A DNA stretch of 64,000 nt. Source: Rhodospirillales bacterium. GTDB lineage: Bacteria; Pseudomonadota; Alphaproteobacteria; Rhodospirillales; UBA2165. The notes under the pieces were generated by a model. That model saw only the letters and a program-made list of their open reading frames with translations, had not been told where the DNA came from and ran no database searches. A program made the position numbers and the translations under genes. This document shows positions 18,624 through 26,147 of the stretch, piece after piece; within the stretch, counting starts at the first letter, position 1; each line of letters opens with the position of its first letter. The stretch lies in NCBI GenBank assembly GCA_016777585.1, contig JADHRD010000002.1:669-64668 (forward strand), read 5' to 3'.

Positions 18624-19271
18624 ATGTCCCTTATTCCAGTAATTTCAGATGAAGAAGCGTCGCCAGAAGTTCAGGCCCTATTTAAAAATATAAAGAAAAT
18701 GTATGGCCGCGTTGCCAATGCCATCCGTGTGGCAGCGCATACTCCACGTATAGCACAAGTGCTTTTTGGCTTTATTGTTGCCTCCCAAAGAAGTGAAATT
18801 AGTGGCAGTCTAACAAAGCGAGTAAAAGGCCTAATAACGCTGAAAACTTCATTATTAAATGGTTGTAATTATTGAATAAGCCATAAAACAACCCTCGGTC
18901 GGGGGTTAGGGTTTTCTGATGAATTACTTGAGGCTGTTAATGGTGACTATCTAGCGTCAAATCTTTTCTCATCAGAGGAAAAAGCGGCACTGCGGTGGGC
19001 GGAGATAGTAACACTGAAACTATATCATTCTGAACCGGGACGCCCGAGCCAATCGCCAGAAGCAATGGCTGAGTTAAAAAATTATTATACATCTGAGCAA
19101 ATTGTTGAACTTACAATCGTAATTGGTCATAATAATTTTTGGAATCGTTTCACAGATAGTCTTGAAATAGATATGGAATCTGATGAACTTCAAGATAAAT
19201 TCAAAAAATCTACTAATGTTGATATCGAAGACTATACTAATTTTATGAAAGATTGTTGGTGGAATAGATAA
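18624..19271 (+). CDS. AhpD/CMD-family peroxidase-related protein, probable selenoprotein (in-frame TGA 18873..18875 read as Sec)
   Basis: Track ORFs 18624..18875 and 19065..19271 are in the same frame (offset 441 = 3 x 147), separated by a single TGA and 63 stop-free codons. The TGA replaces the second Cys of the CxxC-xxH motif (NGCNY-U-ISH). SD GAGGAG precedes the ATG at 18624. Confidence 0.7.
18885..18915 (+). promoter_or_regulatory. candidate bacterial SECIS hairpin
   Basis: Starts 10 nt after the TGA. The lower stem AAAAC/GUUUU and upper stem AACCCUC/GGGGGUU are separated by a 3-nt bulge. The apical loop is GGUC (18897..18900). Confidence 0.55.
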
Positions 19272-19370
19272 GGTTGTAATTGACTTATAAGAACCGGATA
19301 GGCATTTTTAGGTAGAAAATTACAAAAGCCTTCGACAAACACAGGCGTGTTTAAAAAACTATAGGTTCTT

Positions 19371-20414
19371 ATGAGTTCAGATCTACAATCAGGTATATTA
19401 CCTTCGCAAGAATTAAGGAAGGCGATTGGTTCCAAAATAGTTAAATCATCTATAGATATTAGACCTGATCAACTTCAACCAGCTAGCATTGACCTTCGTT
19501 TAGGTGCTATCGCATATCGTGTTCGAGCGAGTTTTCTACCTGGGGAGAGTTCAACTGTAGAAGAAAAATTGCGCGCAATTACGATGCATACAATTGATCT
19601 TTCAGAAGGTTCAGTTTTAGAGAAAGGCTGCGTTTATATTGTGCCTCTTATCGAAAATTTAGATCTCCCTGATAGTATATCAGGCATGGCAAACCCTAAA
19701 AGTTCAACTGGGCGTTTAGATATTTTTACGCGAGTAATAACTGATAATTCGACTGAGTTTGATCGGATAAAAGCGGGTTATAAAGGACCATTATATGCAG
19801 AAATATCGCCACTCACTTTCAGTGTTCTAGTTCGCTCCGGATCAAAACTATCACAGCTCCGACTGCGGAAAGGAGAGTTTGATGCGGCCACTGGTATCGC
19901 TTTCACAGTTGACCTATCTGGATTTAGAGATGAAGAAAATAAAAGTAGGGTAATCGGTTATAAAGCAAAACAACACTCTGGGTTAATAGATATCCAAAAG
20001 ATTAATTATTATAAAGTTGAAGATTTCTGGGATGTAATTATAGCTGGGCCAAGCAAAACATTGGTTTTAGACCCTGACGAATTCTATATTCTTGCTTCTA
20101 AAGAAGAAGTATGTGTGCCGCCAGACCAGGCCGCCGAAATGAGGGCTTACGATACTTTTGTGGGAGAATTTAGGGTTCACTACGCCGGTTTTTTTGACCC
20201 TGGATTTGGCCACAACACTGCCGGGGGCTTGGGTAGCAGAGCTGTGTTAGAAGTGCGCTCTCACGATGTCCCATTTGTTCTGGAGGATGGGCAGATGGTG
20301 GGAAGGCTTGTCTATGAACCTTTAGTATCAGTTCCAGAAATTATTTACGGTTCAGATGTTGGTTCAAATTATCAGGGTCAAGAATTAAAATTATCCAAAC
20401 ATTTTAAACAATAA
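19371..20414 (+). CDS. dcd: 2'-deoxycytidine 5'-triphosphate deaminase, long (about 350 aa) form
   Basis: GILPSQELRKAI ... LQPASIDLRLG and two dUTPase-fold halves. This form is typical of alphaproteobacteria. Confidence 0.8.
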   Translation: MSSDLQSGILPSQELRKAIGSKIVKSSIDIRPDQLQPASIDLRLGAIAYRVRASFLPGESSTVEEKLRAITMHTIDLSEGSVLEKGCVYIVPLIENLDLPDSISGMANPKSSTGRLDIFTRVITDNSTEFDRIKAGYKGPLYAEISPLTFSVLVRSGSKLSQLRLRKGEFDAATGIAFTVDLSGFRDEENKSRVIGYKAKQHSGLIDIQKINYYKVEDFWDVIIAGPSKTLVLDPDEFYILASKEEVCVPPDQAAEMRAYDTFVGEFRVHYAGFFDPGFGHNTAGGLGSRAVLEVRSHDVPFVLEDGQMVGRLVYEPLVSVPEIIYGSDVGSNYQGQELKLSKHFKQ

Positions 20415-20544
20415 AATACAAATTATAACAACAATGAGGATAATTTACATAAACTACTGTAATTATTGGAAAAATATTGTATTTTATACTTAGTTCTCTG
20501 TGGATATCTGTAGAATAACGTGAAAATTAAAGGTGGAAAAAAGT

Positions 20545-21438
20545 ATGGCTGACAAAGACGATTTAAAAGAAGGAAAGAATTTTCATACTCATGTGCCCCA
20601 AACTAATAAGCCTTTTTTTCTAAAAGGTGCGGGTTCATTGGATTGGGGTATGCAGAACCGCTTATCACAAATATTTAACCCAATCACCGGCCGAACTGTT
20701 ATGCTTGCTTTTGATCACGGCTACTTCCAAGGACCAACTACCGGAATAGAAAGAATTGATATCAGCATTGCACCTTTAATACCTTATGCTGATGTTTTAA
20801 TGTGTACCCGAGGAGCATTACGTACGGTTATTCCCTCAGATACAAAAAAGCCAATAGTATTAAGATGCTCTGGTGGACAAAGCATTCTTAAAGAGCTCTC
20901 AAACGAGACCATAGCAGTAGATATTGAGGATACACTCAGATTAAACGCATCTGCAATGGCAGCGCAAGTATATATTGGGGCAGAATATGAACACAAATCT
21001 ATCTCCAATATAGTAAAATTGATAGATACAGGTTTAAGGTATGGAATCCCAACATTAGCGGTTACCGGCGTTGGGGCTGAGATGGATCGAGATCTTCGTT
21101 ACTTTAGTCTTGCAACTCGAATGTGCGCTGAAATAGGTGCTCATTATATAAAAAGCTATTATTTTGAACCAGGGTTTGAGAAGGTTGTAGCAGCTTGTCC
21201 CGTGCCAATTGTTATCGCTGGTGGTAAAAAATTATCAGAGATAGACGCATTGGAAATGGCATATAAGGCGATTGATCAAGGCGCGGCTGGGGTGGATATG
21301 GGGCGAAACATTTTTCAATCTGACCATCCGATTGCCATGATACAAGCAGTCAATGCTGTTGTTCATAAAAATGAGGGGTTCAAACAAGCGTTTCAGCTTT
21401 ATGAAGAAATAAGGGCGCGTTCGGCAACAATTAATTAG
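20545..21438 (+). CDS. class I aldolase of the DhnA/LsrF (DeoC/LacD) family
   Basis: [19 protein letters not shown] (Schiff-base Lys region), [13 protein letters not shown] 20545 has SD AGGTGG 8 nt upstream; the track GTG at 20533 is less likely. Confidence 0.8.
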   Translation: MADKDDLKEGKNFHTHVPQTNKPFFLKGAGSLDWGMQNRLSQIFNPITGRTVMLAFDHGYFQGPTTGIERIDISIAPLIPYADVLMCTRGALRTVIPSDTKKPIVLRCSGGQSILKELSNETIAVDIEDTLRLNASAMAAQVYIGAEYEHKSISNIVKLIDTGLRYGIPTLAVTGVGAEMDRDLRYFSLATRMCAEIGAHYIKSYYFEPGFEKVVAACPVPIVIAGGKKLSEIDALEMAYKAIDQGAAGVDMGRNIFQSDHPIAMIQAVNAVVHKNEGFKQAFQLYEEIRARSATIN

Positions 21439-21473
21439 AATAAGGTTGTATTATGTTTAGACAAGCTTGTTAA

Positions 21474-23471
21474 TTAGCGGAGGGCTGCAGCTATATTGCC
21501 CCCATCAACCGTAAACACAGAAGCTGTAGTTTTTGGAGATAGAGCTAACGCCAGAAAAGCCTCTCCAACATCTTCCGCATTTACCTCTATTCCTAATAAA
21601 TTGCCCTGCATATAATCCGCTTCAGATAGTTTTCGTGCCTTAGATCGCTTCTCAATCATAACAGATGTCAACAGTCCGGACCTAATCCTATCAGCATTTA
21701 CAGCATTGGAGGTAATGCCATCCTTACTGTGATCAACTGCATATTGCCGCATTAAAAAAAGTGTTGCAGCCTTCGGTAAGCCATAAGGGCCAAAATCTGG
21801 GCCAGGGTTGATTGCTTGTTTTGACGTATTAAATAATAAAGACCCACCAAGTTTCTGGGCTCTCATTATCCTAACTGCATTTTGAGCAATATTTTGATGG
21901 GCAAAGAAATTTAACTCGAAACTATCACGAATTATCTTATTATCAACTGTGCCAATTTCACCTTGCCACGCTGCACCAGCATTTGAGACGATAATATCAA
22001 CTCCTCCAAATTTCTTGCATATTTTATCAAAAGTTCTTTTAACATCTTTTACACTGGTTACGTCACATTGGAAGCCATAACCATTAATTTTTGAAGCAAC
22101 CAATTCAGCGGCAGTTAAATCTTTATCTACTAGCGCTACCACAGCACCATTTTTTGAAAAAATACCTGCAGTAGCTGCACCAATGCCAGAGCCGCCGCCA
22201 GTTATTAGGACTATCTTTCCACCAAGAGGTAATGAAGTTTGTTCTTTGATTTTGTTAGCCTCAGGCGCCCAGTATTCAACATCAAAAATTTGCCTTTTAG
22301 AAGCAGGACTATATGTGCCAATGGCTTCAGCATCTGAGATCACTCTTATATTTACTTCTGCCAAATCGGCTGCAATACTGGATTCATTAATATTCTTTCC
22401 CACTCCAACTAATCCGATGCCTGGTATAAGAATTACCCGTGGCGTTTTATTTTTAATAATTTTCTGGCCACCATATCTAAGGTTATGTTTTTCAAATCTT
22501 CTCTCACTCTGGACTTTATATAACTTGATCGAATCTAAAATTATTTTTTCAAAACTCTCCTTTGGATTTTGACTTAAAGTCAAAATTAATGGTTTGTGTC
22601 CTATCCATATGACATGATCAGGCGTAACTGGTCCTGCCAGACCATATCGCCTTAACTCATTGTTACTCATAAAAGCCTTTATCAGCTTGCTTGTTCTATA
22701 ACTAAGAATCCACCCTGGCCCCAATCCACCCCTAATTATGGGAAGTATTTCTTCAACTCGAGCGTGTATCTTTACTGCCATAGTGCTCGTAAGTTTCTTT
22801 TTTTTCTTAAGTATTAAGGCCTTCTCTGCATGATTTACCAAGTTAATCATATTATCATAGGCTTCTTTTGCACTTGTCCCAAAAGAAAAAATTCCATGTT
22901 TCATGAAGACAATACCGTGGCAATTTTTTAGTCTATCTCGCTCACTAATAACCTTTTTAGCCAGCGCAAAACCTGACATTGAGTAAGGAATTATTCCAGC
23001 CTTATTTCCAAAAACACTCTTACAGAGAAGCAAGCCGTTAGGCTGGTTGCTCAGTGCTAAAATCGAATTCGCATGAGTATGATAAATAAATTTATCGGGT
23101 AAAAATGCATGAACCAATGTTTCTACTGAAGGATTAATAGCATCAGGGTTTAATTTTGATCTTCGCAGAATCGTAATCATTTCCTCATCGGAAACCTCTC
23201 CTAAAGATTGCTTTTTACTGAGGTATTTAAGATCAAGCGCTGGAAAATTATCTGGCGTTGCAAACGCCATATCCGACCCGCTTCCTTTGACATACAAAAT
23301 ATCATTTGATATTTTTACCGATGAGTTTCCACCGCCATGCATCACTAACTCATTATTTTGACCTAATAATTGTGATCCATAAATACAAAGCGCTAAATCT
23401 TTGTTCACGTGACACTTCACTTGGCGCCTTACAAAAGTACGCGCGTCTTTATCGTTATAATTATTCTTCAT
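21474..23471 (-). CDS. bifunctional class II aldolase/adducin-domain and short-chain dehydrogenase fusion
   Basis: N-terminal class II aldolase fold (HTHANSILA). C-terminal SDR (TGGGSGIGAATA, NAG, YGLPKAA). Confidence 0.85.
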   Translation of the reverse strand: MKNNYNDKDARTFVRRQVKCHVNKDLALCIYGSQLLGQNNELVMHGGGNSSVKISNDILYVKGSGSDMAFATPDNFPALDLKYLSKKQSLGEVSDEEMITILRRSKLNPDAINPSVETLVHAFLPDKFIYHTHANSILALSNQPNGLLLCKSVFGNKAGIIPYSMSGFALAKKVISERDRLKNCHGIVFMKHGIFSFGTSAKEAYDNMINLVNHAEKALILKKKKKLTSTMAVKIHARVEEILPIIRGGLGPGWILSYRTSKLIKAFMSNNELRRYGLAGPVTPDHVIWIGHKPLILTLSQNPKESFEKIILDSIKLYKVQSERRFEKHNLRYGGQKIIKNKTPRVILIPGIGLVGVGKNINESSIAADLAEVNIRVISDAEAIGTYSPASKRQIFDVEYWAPEANKIKEQTSLPLGGKIVLITGGGSGIGAATAGIFSKNGAVVALVDKDLTAAELVASKINGYGFQCDVTSVKDVKRTFDKICKKFGGVDIIVSNAGAAWQGEIGTVDNKIIRDSFELNFFAHQNIAQNAVRIMRAQKLGGSLLFNTSKQAINPGPDFGPYGLPKAATLFLMRQYAVDHSKDGITSNAVNADRIRSGLLTSVMIEKRSKARKLSEADYMQGNLLGIEVNAEDVGEAFLALALSPKTTASVFTVDGGNIAAALR

Positions 23472-23523
23472 AGTCTTATTTACTCTAAAAAGATTTCCTA
23501 CGATTCTAAATAAATATTTCTTA

Positions 23524-23934
23524 TTAAGTTTGTTTTTCGATTTTTGGTATATTATTAAGATTAAAAGTCCATGATTGCGCAGAGCGGCACCAGATCTGTT
23601 TTTGCGGTATAAGCCCCCTATTATTATCGACCGTACCTAATCTTATATTAAAGGTCCGGTTATCGGTTTCTTCAGTTGAAGTGGCATAAATATGGGATCC
23701 ACACTTAGCACAAAAGGCTTGTATTCGAGGATTCCCATTATTAGATTTTTTTATGTAGATTTTTGGTCTATTTCTCAACAAAATAAAATTTTTTTCATTT
23801 GCCGGTATTACTATTCGATAAGCCGCTGCAGACAATTTTTGGCAGTCTGTACAATGGCATATCCCAACCCCCTTCTCATCAGCCTCAGCCTCGTATAAAA
23901 TATTCTCGCAGTGGCAGCCACCTGTGATTCTCAT
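23524..23934 (-). CDS. GFA (glutathione-dependent formaldehyde-activating enzyme-like) family Zn-Cys protein
   Basis: GGCHCENI ... CHCTDCQK ... FCAKCGSH Cys pattern. Confidence 0.8.
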   Translation of the reverse strand: MRITGGCHCENILYEAEADEKGVGICHCTDCQKLSAAAYRIVIPANEKNFILLRNRPKIYIKKSNNGNPRIQAFCAKCGSHIYATSTEETDNRTFNIRLGTVDNNRGLIPQKQIWCRSAQSWTFNLNNIPKIEKQT

Positions 23935-23948
23935 TAATATCTCCCCTA

Positions 23949-25010
23949 TTAAAGCGGCGTAACCCGACCCTTAATTTCCGGACCATCAATGTCGTATCTG
24001 TACGCTCGAAACACGCAATTAGAAAGGGGGTCTTGAGAGTTCTGTGATGTTAGGTACGGAGAAATATATTCCCATACCAATTTCTTATCTTGGGTGACTT
24101 CGAAAAATCTACCCCAAATTCCCTCGCAAATTAGGGTATTTCCAGACTTCAGCCTTTGTGCACCAGAAATCATTGGACTATAAAACGTGTACCTAGGGCT
24201 ACCCGAATACTCCCAAATTATTTCTTTTGTTGCAGGATTAAATTCGATTACCTTAGAACCCATTCCAGGTCCCGGAACCTGATTAATAAAAACCATATAA
24301 TTTCCATTCTCTAGAACCTGAAAATCATGCTGGTAACCAAGTTCAGCTCCACACCAAGAAAAATTAAATTGTCCTGTCTTTCTATCTATTACAGCAATTA
24401 AATTATTATGCCTGCAACTTAACATAACATCTCCATTGGGAAGAAGCATAATTGAATTTGCGTGAGCCCACTCTCTTCGGCCAGAATTAAATGAGTTTGG
24501 AAAGGACTCAATCTCAATGTGCTCCCACATACGCCATTCCCAAACCAGTTCACCTTCAGGGTTTACCTCGCGAATACAATCACCCCAAATACCATCCGAA
24601 TGTGTACGGCTAGGATCCCCACCCTTAACACGATGAACATAATCATCGGGTATGAGCTCCCATGCTAAATATATTGTATTTCCGTTCGGACAACGCCGAA
24701 AATCATGGTGCTGATAATCATCACCATATTCCCAGATTTTATTGCCCTCCCAATTAATCTCGACAATTTTTCCACCCTTAGCATTTAATCCTGGCGGTCC
24801 ATTTGGTGTAAGAACTGCAGCTAACAAATTACCATTTGGCAACAGATACGCATAATTTCCTGGTTGAGAATCCAGATTCCAACTGTGGAGCACTTCACCC
24901 TGCATGCCGATTAAATATGTTGTTTTTTGGAGTAGCGGGGTGAATAAAGTGGCTCCGGGAGTGGACAGAGCCCTGTCATATTCAGTTACGCCGAAATTCG
25001 AAAACCTCAT
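23949..25010 (-). CDS. arylsulfotransferase (ASST)-like beta-propeller protein
   Basis: Repetitive propeller-like sequence (LLPNGNLL, LLPNGDVM, SGNTLICE). The family assignment is from memory only. Confidence 0.5.
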   Translation of the reverse strand: MRFSNFGVTEYDRALSTPGATLFTPLLQKTTYLIGMQGEVLHSWNLDSQPGNYAYLLPNGNLLAAVLTPNGPPGLNAKGGKIVEINWEGNKIWEYGDDYQHHDFRRCPNGNTIYLAWELIPDDYVHRVKGGDPSRTHSDGIWGDCIREVNPEGELVWEWRMWEHIEIESFPNSFNSGRREWAHANSIMLLPNGDVMLSCRHNNLIAVIDRKTGQFNFSWCGAELGYQHDFQVLENGNYMVFINQVPGPGMGSKVIEFNPATKEIIWEYSGSPRYTFYSPMISGAQRLKSGNTLICEGIWGRFFEVTQDKKLVWEYISPYLTSQNSQDPLSNCVFRAYRYDIDGPEIKGRVTPL

Positions 25011-25061
25011 TTATCTGAATTCCTATAAGTTTGCTTCAAAAATTGTATAAAATATTTAAAA

Positions 25062-25274
25062 TTATTCTGGCAGATCAATTTCTAAAATTGCCATATTTAA
25101 ATCATATGAGACCTCACCTTCTTCCTCGTCACGATACAAAGTTCCTATGAACTCCTCACCTAAATAAACCTCCAATGAATCTTGTGCCTTAATTCGACTA
25201 ACGAGCCTGAAGTTATCATTATTAAACTTACTACGCAGATATTTTTGAAGCTTTTGTACCTCTATCTCGGTCAC
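25062..25274 (-). CDS. DUF3126 family protein
   Basis: 70 aa with VEVYLGEEFIGTLYRDEEEGEVSYDLNMAILE, characteristic of the alphaproteobacterial DUF3126. Confidence 0.75.
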   Translation of the reverse strand: MTEIEVQKLQKYLRSKFNNDNFRLVSRIKAQDSLEVYLGEEFIGTLYRDEEEGEVSYDLNMAILEIDLPE

Positions 25275-25328
25275 ATCCTTCTCCTAATTAAAAGTTTATA
25301 TTAATCATAAGTAAAATTATATTTTTTG

Positions 25329-26009
25329 TTATTGTTTTTGATTTAATATCTCCGCTGCCAGTGTTTTCCGATTGTAGAGATTAACCTGATAAACTTCAGA
25401 AAAATCATTTGGCACAGAATTAATAACAAACTCGTTCTCCATTAGCGCATCAGACCAAGCGCTTATATTTGGATACTGTTTTAAAATGTTTGTTGGGTTT
25501 ATACCCTCTACAATCTCAAACCGCATTATAAATGGAGCATAAGCTGCATCTACAAGAGATATGTTTTCGTCATTAAAATATGGTCCATTATTGCTACGAC
25601 GGGACAATGCGTCTTCCAGTTTTTGCAGTGTTAATGGTAATTCGTTTAGAGCTGACGCATGTTCTTCGACGGTTTTGGCATAAGTCACTTGATTAAGCGC
25701 CTTTGCCCAATTTCCGGTAAAATCAGTCCACGCTCGATTATAAGCGCGCATGATCGGATCCTGAGGAGCTAAACGTGGTTCAACTACCTCATCAAGAAAC
25801 TCAGCAATTGCATTTGACTCAAATAGCGCGATATCATTAACTTTTAGAACAGGTACTTTTCCATGGGGGGAAAGTTCCAAAAACCAATCGGGTTTATCTT
25901 CTTTAGTAATGTACGTTACGTCAAACTTTACTTTTTTTGCACGCAATACGATCACGGCGCGCTGAACCCATGGTCAAGTTTTAAAACTTATTAGGTGATA
26001 ATTATCCAA
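25329..26009 (-). CDS. glutathione S-transferase family protein, probable selenoprotein (in-frame TGA 25974..25976 read as Sec)
   Basis: Extending the track ORF upstream gives TTG(26009)-DNYHLISFKT-TGA-PWVQRAVIVLRAKKVKFDV, matching the GST N-terminus xLISxxxCP(Y/W)VQR with TGA at the catalytic Cys. A perfect SD (AAGGAG) lies 7 nt before the TTG. The track GTG start at 25955 has no SD. Confidence 0.7.
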
Positions 26010-26147
26010 TTAATTGCTCCTTATTATTTCTAAACGATGGCATATGAAGTGTTTTAATTCAATCAATATTGATAACTTAAAAACTTTTGAGTTAAAAATA
26101 GCGATAATTTCTGGAAACCATGAAAGAAACCAGCTAAAACCTATATT

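Noticed and set aside
18624-19271. Reading the locus as a pseudogene or as two separate small genes (18624..18875 and 19065..19271)
   Set aside because: There is a single in-frame TGA at the conserved redox Cys. The 63 codons up to the next ATG are stop-free and family-like. The 19065 ATG has no SD, and a SECIS-like hairpin follows the TGA. Sec recoding explains all of these observations better.
20499-20507. TGTGGATAT, a one-mismatch DnaA box upstream of the LsrF-like aldolase
   Set aside because: It is a single isolated site far from dnaA, with no cluster and no AT-rich unwinding element. This is most likely chance.
21461-21470. Palindrome ACAAGCTTGT between the convergent aldolase genes, considered as a terminator
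   Set aside because: It has no loop, is only 10 nt long, and has no flanking T-run on either strand.
18873-25976. TGA read as Trp (genetic code 4) as the explanation for the in-frame TGAs
   Set aside because: TGA ends conserved genes at their expected C-termini (cysK 46177..46179, moeB 46979..46981). In both cases the aligned family residue is Cys, not Trp.
26062-26073. Perfect 12-nt palindrome ATCAATATTGAT upstream of the Sec-GST. A similar 13-nt AACCATTATGGTT lies at 629..641 upstream of the HD-GAF gene.
   Set aside because: By rough estimate, AT-rich DNA of this length should contain on the order of tens of perfect 12-nt palindromes by chance. There is no second copy and no adjacent regulator gene to support an operator role.
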